DNA of 32,000 nucleotides from Candidatus Karelsulcia muelleri PSPU (GTDB lineage: Bacteria > Bacteroidota > Bacteroidia > Flavobacteriales > Blattabacteriaceae): contig NZ_AP013293.1 of the NCBI RefSeq assembly GCF_000829155.1, positions 240,001-272,000 of the forward strand, given 5' to 3'. Each line of letters starts with the position of its first letter. Position 1 is the first letter of the stretch. Below the pieces are notes generated by a model. The model was not told the DNA's origin and searched no databases. It saw only the letters and a program-made list of their open reading frames with translations. A program made the position numbers and the translations under genes. Shown here one piece after another: positions 10,829 through 20,572 of this stretch.

Positions 10829-11650
10829 ATGTCAGTAAAAAAAAATAAACCGATAACTCCTAGTCAAAGATTTAAAATTAAAAATACATTTAAAGAAATA
10901 ACAAGAAATTTTCCTGAAAAAACTCTTTCTAGAGGTAAAAAAAAAACAGGAGGTAGAAATAATTATGGAAAAATGACAATAAGATATTTAGGGGGGGGGC
11001 ATAAAAAAAAATATAGAATTATAGATTATAAAAGAAATAAATTTGGTATACCTGCTATTATAAAATCTATAGAATATGACCCGAATAGATCCTGTTTTAT
11101 TTCTCTTATTTATTATATAGATGGAGAAAAAAGATATATATTATCAATTAATGGTTTAAAGATAGGACAAAAAGTTTTATCAGATAAATATACGACTCTA
11201 GAATTAGGAAATGCTATGTATCTTATGAATATCCCTTTAGGGACTATAATTTCTTGTGTAGAACTTACTCCTGGTAAAGGAGCTATTTTAGCACGTAGTG
11301 CTGGTTCATATGCCCAATTAATTGCAAAATCAGAAAAGTTTTCAACTATAAAATTACCTTCTGGAGAAAACCGAATGGTATTATCAACATGTATGGCAAC
11401 AATAGGATCAATATCTAATTCTGATCATAAATTAGAAATTGATGGAAAAGCAGGAAGAAAACGTTGGTTAGGTATAAGACCAAGAACTAGAGGAGTTGCT
11501 ATGAATCCAGTAGATCATCCTATGGGAGGTGGAGAAGGAAAATCATCTGGAGGACATCCTAGAAATAGAAATTGCATTCCTTCTAATGGATTTAAAACAC
11601 GTGATAAAAAAAACAGATCAAATAAATATATTATAGAATATAAAAAATAA
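10829..11650 (+). CDS. rplB: 50S ribosomal protein L2
   Basis: [24 protein letters not shown] and [20 protein letters not shown] are L2 hallmarks. Confidence 0.98.
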   Translation: MSVKKNKPITPSQRFKIKNTFKEITRNFPEKTLSRGKKKTGGRNNYGKMTIRYLGGGHKKKYRIIDYKRNKFGIPAIIKSIEYDPNRSCFISLIYYIDGEKRYILSINGLKIGQKVLSDKYTTLELGNAMYLMNIPLGTIISCVELTPGKGAILARSAGSYAQLIAKSEKFSTIKLPSGENRMVLSTCMATIGSISNSDHKLEIDGKAGRKRWLGIRPRTRGVAMNPVDHPMGGGEGKSSGGHPRNRNCIPSNGFKTRDKKNRSNKYIIEYKK

Positions 11651-11657
11651 AATTATT

Positions 11658-11939
11658 ATGCCGCGTTCATTAAAAAAAGGTCCATATGTTGATTATAAAT
11701 TAAAAAAAAAAATAAAAATAAATAATTTTAATTTAAATAAAAAAAAAATAATAAAAACTTGGTCAAGATCTTCTACTATTACCCCTGAATTTATTGGAAA
11801 TACAATAGCCATTTATAATGGTAAAATTTTTATTACAGTATATATTTCTGAAAATATGGTAGGTCATAAATTAGGAGAATTTGCTCCTACTAGAATTTTT
11901 AGAGGACATTCAGGATCTAAAAATAAAATAAAAAAATAA
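11658..11939 (+). CDS. rpsS: 30S ribosomal protein S19
   Basis: [11 protein letters not shown] and [17 protein letters not shown] motifs. Its TAA stop overlaps the rplV ATG by 1 nt. Confidence 0.97.
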   Translation: MPRSLKKGPYVDYKLKKKIKINNFNLNKKKIIKTWSRSSTITPEFIGNTIAIYNGKIFITVYISENMVGHKLGEFAPTRIFRGHSGSKNKIKK

Positions 11940-12313
11940 TGAAATTAATAAAAAAAAAATATATATATTTTACTAAATCAGTAGCTAATATGAAAAATAT
12001 TTCTTGTTCTCCTCGTAAACTACGTTTAGTAGCTAATATAATTCGGAATAAAAAAGTAGAATATTCTCTATATAAACTTAACAATATAAAGAATAAAGGA
12101 GCAATTATAATAAAAAAATTATTATTATCAGCAATTTCGAATTGTAAAATTCAAAATTTAAAAAAAGATATAAATAAATATAATTTTTATATAGAAAAAA
12201 TTTTAGTAAATCAAGGATATCAATTAAAAAAAATACGTCCTGCTCCTCAAGGCAGAGGAAATAAGGTAAGAAAAAAATATAGTAATTTATATATTACTAT
12301 AATTAGTAAATAA
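11939..12313 (+). CDS. rplV: 50S ribosomal protein L22
   Basis: ISCSPRKLRLVANIIRNKKV and the C-terminal RPAPQGRGNKVRKKYSNL..I pattern, with synteny. Confidence 0.92.
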   Translation: MKLIKKKYIYFTKSVANMKNISCSPRKLRLVANIIRNKKVEYSLYKLNNIKNKGAIIIKKLLLSAISNCKIQNLKKDINKYNFYIEKILVNQGYQLKKIRPAPQGRGNKVRKKYSNLYITIISK

Positions 12314-12319
12314 TGAATT

Positions 12320-12991
12320 ATGGGGCATAAAGTAAACACATTATCTAATAGATTAGGATTAATTGTAGGATGGCAATCAATATGGTGTAGTAATTATCCA
12401 GATAGAATAAAAGAAGATTTTCAAATAAGAAAATATATAGAAAATAGTTTCCCTAAAATTTATATATCTAGAATATATATTGAAAGGACCTTAAATAGGA
12501 TAAAGATTACGATATCTACTTCCCGTCCAGCAATTATAATAGGGAAAGGAGGAGATGAAATAGAAAAAAGAAAAAAAGAAATAGAGCATTTTACTTATAA
12601 AGAAATTAAACTAAATATATTTGAAATAAAAAAACCAGAATTAGATGCTGTATTAGTTTCTAAAAGTATAGCTCGTAAATTAGAAAGTAAAAGTTCTTAT
12701 AAAAAATCAATTAAAAGATGCATATCTTCTGCTTTGCGTCTTAATGCAGAAGGTATAAAAATAAAAATATCAGGACGTCTTAATGGAGCAGAAATGGCTA
12801 GAACCGAAACTTATAAAGAAGGTCGAATTCCTTTATCAACTTTTAGAGCAGATATAGATTATTATATGACAGAATCTCATACAGATTATGGATTAATAGG
12901 TATAAAAGTATGGATTATGAAAGGTGAAATTTACGGTAAAAAAAAAATATATAATATATTTAAATACAAAAAAGTTAATAAAAAAAAATAA
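12320..12991 (+). CDS. rpsC: 30S ribosomal protein S3
   Basis: MGHKVNT...RLG....W.S.W start, KH-domain GKGG.EIE, and [26 protein letters not shown]. Confidence 0.97.
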   Translation: MGHKVNTLSNRLGLIVGWQSIWCSNYPDRIKEDFQIRKYIENSFPKIYISRIYIERTLNRIKITISTSRPAIIIGKGGDEIEKRKKEIEHFTYKEIKLNIFEIKKPELDAVLVSKSIARKLESKSSYKKSIKRCISSALRLNAEGIKIKISGRLNGAEMARTETYKEGRIPLSTFRADIDYYMTESHTDYGLIGIKVWIMKGEIYGKKKIYNIFKYKKVNKKK

Positions 12992-12993
12992 TT

Positions 12994-13413
12994 ATGTTAC
13001 AGCCTAAAAAAACTAAATATGATAAACATCATAAAGGTAGGATAAAAGGGAATGCAACAAGAGGAACAAGACTATTTTTTGGAAAATATGGTATTAAATC
13101 ATTAGAACCAGGATGGATTACAGATAGACAAATAGAATCTGCTCGTGTTGCTGCAACACGTTATATGAAAAGACAAGGTCAATTATGGTTAAATATTTTT
13201 CCTGATAAACCTGTTACTAAAAAACCTCAAGAAGTTCGGATGGGAAAAGGAAAAGGAGTAAAAGATCATTGGGTTTCAGTAATAAAACCAGGAAGAATTT
13301 TAATTGAAGTAGATGGAGTAGATCTTCTTTTAGGTAAAGAAGCGCTGAGATTAGCTTCTCAAAAATTACCAGTAAAAACAAAATTTATAATTTCATATAA
13401 TTTAAATATATAA
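12994..13413 (+). CDS. rplP: 50S ribosomal protein L16
   Basis: [16 protein letters not shown] and RMGKGKG....[11 protein letters not shown] are L16 patterns. Confidence 0.97.
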   Translation: MLQPKKTKYDKHHKGRIKGNATRGTRLFFGKYGIKSLEPGWITDRQIESARVAATRYMKRQGQLWLNIFPDKPVTKKPQEVRMGKGKGVKDHWVSVIKPGRILIEVDGVDLLLGKEALRLASQKLPVKTKFIISYNLNI

Positions 13414-13418
13414 AATAT

Positions 13419-13679
13419 ATGCAAATATCGAAAAATAGTAAAAAAAAAATAGGATTTGTTATAAGTAATAAAATGAAAAAAACAATAATTATATCTGAAA
13501 TTAATAAAAGAAAACATCCTTATTATAAAAAATGTATTTTAAATACAAAAAAATATTATGTTCATGATGAACATAATATTTCAAATAAAGGTGATTTAGT
13601 TAAAATTATTGAAACTAGACCTTTAAGTAAAAAAAAATGTTGGAGATTATTAAAAATCATAAAAAAGTCTAATTATTAA
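13419..13679 (+). CDS. rpsQ: 30S ribosomal protein S17
   Basis: G.V.SNKM.KT.I..........HP.YKK......KYYVHDE.N....GD.V.I.ETRPLSK.K.W.L. It follows rplP after only 5 nt, with no L29 gene between them. Confidence 0.93.
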   Translation: MQISKNSKKKIGFVISNKMKKTIIISEINKRKHPYYKKCILNTKKYYVHDEHNISNKGDLVKIIETRPLSKKKCWRLLKIIKKSNY

Positions 13680-13695
13680 TAAAATATAATGTTAA

Positions 13696-14064
13696 ATGTT
13701 ACAACAAGAATCAATAATTAAAGTAGCAGATAATTCTGGAGCTAAAAAAGTTTTATTAATAAGAGTTCTAGGAGGAACAAAAAAAAAATATGCTTATATA
13801 GGGGATAAAATAATAGTTTCTATAAAAGAAGCAATAGCAGGATCTAGTGTAAAAAAAGGGCAAGTATATAAAGCTGTTGTCGTAAGAACAAGAAATAAAA
13901 TAAGACGTAAAGATGGATCTTATATTAGTTTTGATGATAATGCTTGTGTATTATTAACTAATACAGGAGAAATTAAAGGTACACGTATTTTTGGACCAGT
14001 TTCTAGAGAATTAAGAGATAAAGAATATACTAAAATTATATCATTAGCTACAGAAGTATTATGA
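13696..14064 (+). CDS. rplN: 50S ribosomal protein L14
   Basis: [24 protein letters not shown] is canonical L14. Confidence 0.97.
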   Translation: MLQQESIIKVADNSGAKKVLLIRVLGGTKKKYAYIGDKIIVSIKEAIAGSSVKKGQVYKAVVVRTRNKIRRKDGSYISFDDNACVLLTNTGEIKGTRIFGPVSRELRDKEYTKIISLATEVL

Positions 14065-14306
14065 AAATAAAAATAAAAAAAGGTGATTATGTTATGATTT
14101 TAACAGGTGAAAATAAAACAAAAAAAGGAATTATAAAAAAAATAATTCCTAAATTAAATAAAGCAATTGTAAATAATATAAATTTTATAAAAAAACATGT
14201 TAAACCAATAAATATAATAAGTAAAGGTAAAATTATTGAAAAAGAAGCCCCTATTCATATATCTAATCTTTATTTATTAAATAAAAATAAACTAAAAAAC
14301 CAATGA
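14061..14306 (+). CDS. rplX: 50S ribosomal protein L24 (shortened)
   Basis: KOW motif [20 protein letters not shown], in the syntenic position. ATGA overlaps occur at both ends. Confidence 0.9.
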   Translation: MKIKIKKGDYVMILTGENKTKKGIIKKIIPKLNKAIVNNINFIKKHVKPINIISKGKIIEKEAPIHISNLYLLNKNKLKNQ

Positions 14307-14851
14307 CTTATTGTCCAAGACCTAAATTTTTGTATAAAACAAAAATAATTAATGAATTAATAAAAAAATTTAATTATAAATGTGTAATGCAAGTTCCAAA
14401 ACTTACTAAAATAGTATTAAATCAAGGAATTAATATATCTGTTTTTGATAAAAAAACTAGAGCTAATGCTCTAAATAATATTAAAGCAATTACAGGTCAA
14501 AATGCTATTTATTGTTTATCCAAACGTGATGAATCTGGTTTTAAATTAAGAAAAGGAACTCCTATAAGTATTAAAGTAACTTTAAGAAGAAATATTATGT
14601 ATGAATTTTTAGATAGATTAATTAACATAGCTCTACCTAGAGTTCGTGATTTTAAAGGAGTAAATAAAAAGAGTTTTGATGGAAAAGGAAATTATAATTT
14701 AGGAATTTTGGAACAAATGATATTTCCAGAAATAAGTTTTAATTATATAAAAACCAATATTGGCATGAATATAACATTTGTTACTTCATCTAAAAATGAT
14801 AAAGAAGCTAAATATTTATTACATTTATTCGGATTACCTTTTAAAAAATAA
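14303..14851 (+). CDS. rplE: 50S ribosomal protein L5
   Basis: [11 protein letters not shown]......D.K...........ITGQ.A.......[11 protein letters not shown]...[23 protein letters not shown] is the L5 pattern. Confidence 0.96.
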   Translation: MTYCPRPKFLYKTKIINELIKKFNYKCVMQVPKLTKIVLNQGINISVFDKKTRANALNNIKAITGQNAIYCLSKRDESGFKLRKGTPISIKVTLRRNIMYEFLDRLINIALPRVRDFKGVNKKSFDGKGNYNLGILEQMIFPEISFNYIKTNIGMNITFVTSSKNDKEAKYLLHLFGLPFKK

Positions 14852-14855
14852 AAAT

Positions 14856-15125
14856 ATGTCGAAAGAATCTATAAAAGCAAGACAAAAAAAACGAAAAATA
14901 ATGGTATTAAAATATTTAAAAAAACGTGAATTATTAAAATTCAATAAAGATTATGAAGGTTTACAAAAATTACCCAGAAATTCTTCTCCAGTACGTTTAC
15001 ATAATTTATGTTCTTTAACTGGAAGATCAAAAGGGTATATGAGAAAATTTGGAATATCCCGTATTGAATTTAGACGTTTAGCATCTCAAGGGTTTATCCC
15101 AGGTGTTGTTAAAGCCAGTTGGTAA
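14856..15125 (+). CDS. rpsN: 30S ribosomal protein S14 (long, non-zinc form)
   Basis: The C-terminus [47 protein letters not shown] is S14. The start was moved to Met27 of the tracked ORF (ATG at 14856) because the first 26 codons overlap rplE. Confidence 0.93.
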   Translation: MSKESIKARQKKRKIMVLKYLKKRELLKFNKDYEGLQKLPRNSSPVRLHNLCSLTGRSKGYMRKFGISRIEFRRLASQGFIPGVVKASW

Positions 15126-15140
15126 CTAAATAATAATATT

Positions 15141-15542
15141 ATGATTACAGATAAAATAGCTGATTGTTTAACTAGAATTAGAAACGGATATTTATCAAAA
15201 AATTTGATAATTGAAATTCCATTTTCAAATTTAAAAAAAGACATAATTAATATTTTATATAATCAAGGTTTTATATCAAGTTATAAAATAATAAAAATAA
15301 ATAAATTTAAATTAATTATAAAAGTAGCTATGAAATATAATAAATATACAGGTATATCTGTAATAAAATGTATAAAAAGAATTAGTAAACCTAGTTTAAG
15401 AAAATATTGTAATTCTAAAAATATACCTCGTGTACTTAATGGATTAGGAATTGCAATTATATCGACTTCTAAAGGTGTTATGACTGATAAAAAAGCACGG
15501 GAAAAAAAAATTGGAGGAGAAATAATATGTTATATTTATTAA
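15141..15542 (+). CDS. rpsH: 30S ribosomal protein S8
   Basis: D.IAD.LTRIRNG and the C-terminal [25 protein letters not shown] are S8 patterns. Confidence 0.96.
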   Translation: MITDKIADCLTRIRNGYLSKNLIIEIPFSNLKKDIINILYNQGFISSYKIIKINKFKLIIKVAMKYNKYTGISVIKCIKRISKPSLRKYCNSKNIPRVLNGLGIAIISTSKGVMTDKKAREKKIGGEIICYIY

Positions 15543-15556
15543 AATATTAATTATCT

Positions 15557-16105
15557 ATGTCTAGAATTGGTAATATACCTGTGTTAATACCTAATAATGT
15601 TTTTGTAAAAAAAAAAAAAAAAATTATTTATATAAATGGACCTTTAGGAGAATTAAGTCAAAAAATTATAGGTGATATTAATATTAAAATTAATACTAAT
15701 TATATTATTTTAAAACTAAAATATAATGATAAAAAAAATAGAGCTTTACATGGATTATATCGTATGTTGATTTTTAATATGATAAAAGGTGTATTAAATG
15801 GATTTAAAAAAAAATTAGAATTAATAGGTATAGGATTTAAAGCCAATAAAAATGGACAAATTTTAGATTTAAATATAGGATATTCTCATAATATAATAAT
15901 AAAATTACCTAAAGAAATAATTTTAGAAGTAAAAATGGAAAAAAATAAAAATCCTAAGATAATTTTAAAATCTTATGATAAACAATTATTAGGAATAGTT
16001 GCCGCAAAAATAAGGTCTTTAAGAAAACCTGAACCCTATAAAGGAAAGGGAATTCGTTATATAAATGAATATGTTAGAAACAAAATAGGCAAATCAGCGA
16101 AATAA
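15557..16105 (+). CDS. rplF: 50S ribosomal protein L6
   Basis: MSRIGN.P...P..V start and PEPYKGKGIRY..E.V..K.GK end, with synteny. Confidence 0.94.
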   Translation: MSRIGNIPVLIPNNVFVKKKKKIIYINGPLGELSQKIIGDINIKINTNYIILKLKYNDKKNRALHGLYRMLIFNMIKGVLNGFKKKLELIGIGFKANKNGQILDLNIGYSHNIIIKLPKEIILEVKMEKNKNPKIILKSYDKQLLGIVAAKIRSLRKPEPYKGKGIRYINEYVRNKIGKSAK

Positions 16106-16115
16106 ATTAATTATT

Positions 16116-16445
16116 ATGAATAAAAAAAGAAGAAAAGATAAAATTATAAATAAAATATTTGGTTTTTTAGAAAAACCTAGAATATCAATATTTCTAAGTA
16201 ATAAGCATATATATGCTCAAGTTATAGATGATTATAAAGGGCATACTTTAATTTATACATCTTCAAAAGAAATAAGATATAAATTAAAAAAAGAAAAAAA
16301 ATCTTTTATTATAGGTCAAATATTAGGAAATATAGTAAATTCTTATGGAATTACTAAAATAGTATTTGATAGAAATGGATATATCTATCATGGAAGAGTA
16401 AAAGCTTTAGCCGAAGGCTTAAGAAATGTAGGATTACAATTTTAA
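16116..16445 (+). CDS. rplR: 50S ribosomal protein L18
   Basis: PRIS.F.SNKHIYAQVIDD..G.TL and FDRNGY.YHGRVKALAEG.R..GL.F are L18 patterns. Confidence 0.94.
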   Translation: MNKKRRKDKIINKIFGFLEKPRISIFLSNKHIYAQVIDDYKGHTLIYTSSKEIRYKLKKEKKSFIIGQILGNIVNSYGITKIVFDRNGYIYHGRVKALAEGLRNVGLQF

Positions 16446-16450
16446 TTGTT

Positions 16451-16963
16451 ATGAAAAAAAAAAAAAAAAAAATAAAAACTTTAGAATTAAAAGAAAAATT
16501 AGTTATGATTAATAGAGTTTGTAAAGTAACTAAAGGTAGAAGATATTTTAGTTTTACAGCTTTAGTAATAAAAGGAGATAGAAATGGAGTTGTAGGTTAT
16601 GGTTTTGGAAAAGCAAAAGAAGCACCAGATGCAATATATAAAGCAGGTGAAAAAGCAAAAAAAAAATTATTAAAAATAAATATTATTAAAGGAGGTACAA
16701 TACCTCATGAACAAGAAGCCAAACATGGGGGGGCTCGTGTGTTTATTTGTCCGGCCTCAGAAGGAACTGGGATAATTGCTGGTGGTGCGGTAAGATCTGT
16801 TTTAGAAGCTGTTGGCTTAAAAAATGTATTATCTAAATCAAAAGGATCTTCTAATAAACATAATTGTATAAAAGCTACAATTTTAGCTTTATCTAAAATA
16901 AGAACTGTCAATACTATAGCTCTAGAAAGAGGAATATCTATAAAAAAAATATTAAAAGGATAA
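16451..16963 (+). CDS. rpsE: 30S ribosomal protein S5
   Basis: INRV.KVTKGRR.FSF.ALV..GD.NG.VG.G.GKAKE.P.AI.KA and GTGIIAGGAVR.VLEA.G..NVL.KS.GS.N are S5 patterns. Confidence 0.96.
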   Translation: MKKKKKKIKTLELKEKLVMINRVCKVTKGRRYFSFTALVIKGDRNGVVGYGFGKAKEAPDAIYKAGEKAKKKLLKINIIKGGTIPHEQEAKHGGARVFICPASEGTGIIAGGAVRSVLEAVGLKNVLSKSKGSSNKHNCIKATILALSKIRTVNTIALERGISIKKILKG

Positions 16964-17014
16964 AATTTGTTACAGTATATAACATTTATTATTAATAAAA
17001 ATAAATTTAAATAA

Positions 17015-17464
17015 ATGATATTAAATAATTTAAATCCTAAATATGGTTCTGTAAAAAAAAACAAAAGATTAGGTAGAGGTCAAGGATCTGGAAAGGGGGG
17101 AACATGTACTAAAGGACATAAAGGAGCAAAAGCTCGTTCAGGAAATTTCAAAAAAATAGGTTTTGAAGGTGGTCAAATGCCTTTACAAAGAAGAATACCC
17201 AAATTTGGATTTAAAAAAAAAAATAAAACAAAATATTTTTTATTAAATTTAGATACATTACAATATTTAATAAAGATTGGAACTATTACTAAAATAGTAA
17301 ATAAAGAAATTTTATTAAAAAAAGGAATTTTAAATAAAAAAAAATTATTAAAAATTTTAGGTAGAGGAAAATTAAAATCTAAAATAGATATTACTGCTAA
17401 TAAATTTAGTAAAACAGCATATGATGAAATTAAAAAGATGGGTGGAAAAATAATATTATCATAA
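17015..17464 (+). CDS. rplO: 50S ribosomal protein L15
   Basis: L..L.P..GS.K..KR.GRG.GSG.GGT..KGHKG.K.RSG.....[15 protein letters not shown]. It follows rpsE after 51 nt, with no L30 gene between them. Confidence 0.95.
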   Translation: MILNNLNPKYGSVKKNKRLGRGQGSGKGGTCTKGHKGAKARSGNFKKIGFEGGQMPLQRRIPKFGFKKKNKTKYFLLNLDTLQYLIKIGTITKIVNKEILLKKGILNKKKLLKILGRGKLKSKIDITANKFSKTAYDEIKKMGGKIILS

Positions 17465-17466
17465 TT

Positions 17467-18774
17467 ATGAAATTTTTTTTTAGAAGATTAAAAAAAAAAA
17501 AAATATATAATACATTATTAATTATATTAATATATCGTTTGGGATCTTTTATTACTTTACCTTTTATAAATAAAATTTATAAAAATGATGTTTTATTAAA
17601 AACAAATAATAGTTATAAAGTATTCATTAATATGTTAACTTCTTTAACAGGAGGTGCATGTAATAGAGCATCTATTTTTGCTTTAGGAATAACGCCTTAT
17701 ATATCAGCCTCAATATTTACACAATTAATGTGTTATATTTTTCCTTTTTTTTATAAAATTCAACAAGATGGGGAAATAGGTAAAAAAAAATTAAATACTA
17801 TTACTAGTATAGTAACTATAATAATATCCTTAATACAAGCACCTTTATATATTTTAATACTTATTGAAAATAATCTTAAAGACAAGCCAGATTATTTGAA
17901 TTTTATTTCAATTTATGGAAAAAATTTATTTTTGATTACATCAATAATATGTCTAACTACAGGAACATTTTTTACAATGTGGTTAGGAAAACAAATTAAT
18001 AAAAAAGGAATAGGAAATGGAAATTCATTAATAATAATAAGTGGAATATTATCTCGTTTTATAAATTCTCTGATATGTGAAATATTAAATCGTCTAAAAT
18101 ATAATTATTTTTCAGGTAGTTTAATATTATTATTTGAATTTTTTATTTGGGGTTTAATTATTGGTTTTTCTATAATTATAATTAATTTTGTTAAAAAAAT
18201 ATATATACATTATATAAATAATTTTTCTTTTAAAGAAAAAAATATAGAAGAACTTTCTTTAAAAGATGATATTCAATATATTCCTTTAAAAGTCGTTTAT
18301 TCAGGAGTTATGCCTATAATATTTTCACAAGGAATTTTATTTATAATAATATTATTATTAAATAATATTAATATTAAAAGTGTTGTAATTGATAAAATTA
18401 AAAATATATATGGGTTATGGTATAATTTATTATATAGTATATTAATAATAATTATTACGTATTTTTATACATTTTTATCTATTCCTGTTAATAAAATTTC
18501 AGATGATTTAAAACTCAATGGAGTTTATATTCCATCTATAAAACCAGGAAAAGAAACTTATATTTATTTAAAAAAAATTTTATTACAAATATCTTTTTTA
18601 GGATCAATATTATTAGCTATAATAGCTATATTACCGTCAATATTTCTATCTCTAGGAGGAGATAAAAATTTTTCTTTATTTTTTGGGGGAACTTCATTAA
18701 TAATTCTAGTAGGAGTCTTATTAGAAATAAAAAAAACTGTAAATAGTAATTTATTAAATTATAATAAATTTTAA
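17467..18774 (+). CDS. secY: Preprotein translocase subunit SecY
   Basis: 435-aa polytopic membrane protein in the conserved position after rplO. It carries SecY segments (RASIFALGI.PYISASI..QL, G.GNG.SLII..GI, GGTSLII.VGV). Confidence 0.95.
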   Translation: MKFFFRRLKKKKIYNTLLIILIYRLGSFITLPFINKIYKNDVLLKTNNSYKVFINMLTSLTGGACNRASIFALGITPYISASIFTQLMCYIFPFFYKIQQDGEIGKKKLNTITSIVTIIISLIQAPLYILILIENNLKDKPDYLNFISIYGKNLFLITSIICLTTGTFFTMWLGKQINKKGIGNGNSLIIISGILSRFINSLICEILNRLKYNYFSGSLILLFEFFIWGLIIGFSIIIINFVKKIYIHYINNFSFKEKNIEELSLKDDIQYIPLKVVYSGVMPIIFSQGILFIIILLLNNINIKSVVIDKIKNIYGLWYNLLYSILIIIITYFYTFLSIPVNKISDDLKLNGVYIPSIKPGKETYIYLKKILLQISFLGSILLAIIAILPSIFLSLGGDKNFSLFFGGTSLIILVGVLLEIKKTVNSNLLNYNKF

Positions 18775-18787
18775 TTAATTAAAAATT

Positions 18788-19003
18788 ATGGCCAAAGAAC
18801 AACAGATTGAAGTAGATGGAATAGTTTTAAATGCATTACCTAATGCAATGTTTAAAGTAGAATTAGAAAATAAATGTATTGTAACTTGTCATATTACAGG
18901 TAAAATGCGAATGAATTATATTAAAATTTTACAAGGTGATAAAGTTCGTTTACAAATGTCTTCTTACGATTTAAGTAAAGCTAGAATAATATATAGATAT
19001 TAA
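18788..19003 (+). CDS. infA: Translation initiation factor IF-1
   Basis: A full-length IF-1 match: MAKEQ.IEVDG.V...[12 protein letters not shown]...[17 protein letters not shown]...MS.YDL.KARI.YRY. Confidence 0.97.
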   Translation: MAKEQQIEVDGIVLNALPNAMFKVELENKCIVTCHITGKMRMNYIKILQGDKVRLQMSSYDLSKARIIYRY

Positions 19004-19059
19004 AATTTTATAATTTAAATAATTATATATATTTATATTATAATTTAAATATTAATTTT

Positions 19060-19176
19060 ATGAAAAAGGTAACATCTATAAAAAAAAGAAGTGAAAATTG
19101 TAAATTTGTTAAGCGTAAAGGTCGTTTAAGAATTATTAATAAATTAAATCCTAAATTTAAACAAAAACAAGGTTAA
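19060..19176 (+). CDS. rpmJ: 50S ribosomal protein L36
   Basis: Too short for the ORF track. Hand translation gives [38 protein letters not shown] (38 aa), matching the L36 pattern MKV.AS.KK.C..CK...R.G...VIC.NPKHKQRQG and its position. The TAA stop overlaps the rpsM ATG by 1 nt. Confidence 0.9.
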   Translation: MKKVTSIKKRSENCKFVKRKGRLRIINKLNPKFKQKQG

Positions 19177-19556
19177 TGGCTATAATTTCAGGAATAGATA
19201 TTCCAAATAATAAAAGAGGATTAATAGCTCTTACTTATATATTTGGAATAGGTCTTAGTACATCTAAAAAAATATTTAAAAATACAGGTATTGATGAAAA
19301 TTTGAAAGTTTCAAACTGGTCAGATGATAATCTAAATAAAATAAGAAAATATATATCTTCTAATCTAAAAATAGAAGGAGAATTAAAGTTTGAAATACAA
19401 TTAGATATAAAAAGAATGATTGAAATTGGATGTTATAGAGGAATACGTCATAGAATAGGATTACCTGTTAGAGGTCAAAAAACTAAAAATAATTGTAGAA
19501 CAAGGAAAGGTAAAAAAAAAACAGTTGCAAATAAAAAAAAAAAAATTAAATCATAA
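19176..19556 (+). CDS. rpsM: 30S ribosomal protein S13
   Basis: [21 protein letters not shown] and [22 protein letters not shown] are S13 patterns. Confidence 0.97.
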   Translation: MAIISGIDIPNNKRGLIALTYIFGIGLSTSKKIFKNTGIDENLKVSNWSDDNLNKIRKYISSNLKIEGELKFEIQLDIKRMIEIGCYRGIRHRIGLPVRGQKTKNNCRTRKGKKKTVANKKKKIKS

Positions 19557-19570
19557 TTAATTTAAAAAAA

Positions 19571-19933
19571 ATGGATAAAAAAAAAAATTCAGTTATAGGA
19601 GAAGTTCATATAAAATCAACATTTAATAATATTATAATAACATTAACAAATAAAAAAGGAGATGTTATTGCCTGGTCTTCAGCAGGAAAAATGGGATTTA
19701 AAGGTTCTAAAAAAAATACCCCATATGCTGCTCAAGTAGCTGCAGAAGATGTTGCTGAAAAAGGATTTAATGCTGGAATAAAAAAATTAGAGGTAATAAT
19801 AAAGGGGCCAGGTGCTGGAAGAGATGCGGCTATTCGTGCATTAGTAAATAAAAATTTTAATATATTAGTAATAAAAGATATTACCCCTATTCCTCATAAT
19901 GGGTGTAGACCTCCTAAAAAAAGAAGAATTTAA
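19571..19933 (+). CDS. rpsK: 30S ribosomal protein S11
   Basis: G..HI.STFNN.IITLT...[28 protein letters not shown] and [16 protein letters not shown] are S11 patterns. Confidence 0.97.
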   Translation: MDKKKNSVIGEVHIKSTFNNIIITLTNKKGDVIAWSSAGKMGFKGSKKNTPYAAQVAAEDVAEKGFNAGIKKLEVIIKGPGAGRDAAIRALVNKNFNILVIKDITPIPHNGCRPPKKRRI

Positions 19934-19945
19934 ACAAAATAATAA

Positions 19946-20560
19946 ATGGCAAAATATATAGGACCAAAAACTAAAATTTCCCGTAAATTTGGAGAATTAA
20001 TATATGGTAATTACAATAAAAGTTTTGAAAAAAAAAAATATCCACCTGGTCAACATGGAAATAATAGTCGTAGAAATATAAAAAAATCATTTTATTCTAT
20101 TCAATTATTAGAAAAACAAAAAGTTAAATATACTTATGGAATTTTAGAAAGACAATTTAGAAAAATGTTTTATAAAGCTTCAAAAAAAAAAGGAATTAAA
20201 GGTGAAATACTTTTACAATTATGTGAATCTAGATTAGATAATATTGTTTATAGATTAAAATTATCACATTCTAGACCTGAAGCAAGACAATTAGTATCAC
20301 ATCGTCATATTACTGTTAATGGAAAAATTGTAAATATTCCTTCTTATAATTTAAAACCAGGAGATAAGATTTCTTTAAAAGAAAAATCTAAAAAACATAA
20401 AGCCATTATCTATGATTCTAATAGATTATTAGGCTCTCTAAAAAAATGGTTAAGTTGGGATAATAAGAAAATGATAGGTATCTTTAAATCAATTCCAAAA
20501 AGAAAACAAATTCCTGAAAAGATTAATGAAAACTTAATAGTAGAATTATATTCTAAATAA
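19946..20560 (+). CDS. rpsD: 30S ribosomal protein S4
   Basis: [13 protein letters not shown], the YG..ERQFR..F segment and the S4 domain RLDN.VYRL....[22 protein letters not shown]. Confidence 0.97.
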   Translation: MAKYIGPKTKISRKFGELIYGNYNKSFEKKKYPPGQHGNNSRRNIKKSFYSIQLLEKQKVKYTYGILERQFRKMFYKASKKKGIKGEILLQLCESRLDNIVYRLKLSHSRPEARQLVSHRHITVNGKIVNIPSYNLKPGDKISLKEKSKKHKAIIYDSNRLLGSLKKWLSWDNKKMIGIFKSIPKRKQIPEKINENLIVELYSK

Positions 20561-20572
20561 AATTAATTATAT

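Noticed and set aside
14778-14855. N-terminal extension of the rpsN ORF ([26 protein letters not shown])
   Set aside because: It overlaps the 3' end of rplE in another frame and has no S14 homology. The ATG at 14856, 4 nt after the rplE stop, gives a normal 89-aa S14.
16705-17064. 119-aa ORF on the - strand
   Set aside because: It is antisense to the 3' part of rpsE, the spacer and the 5' end of rplO. It has a low-complexity sequence and resembles no known family, so it is an antisense shadow ORF.
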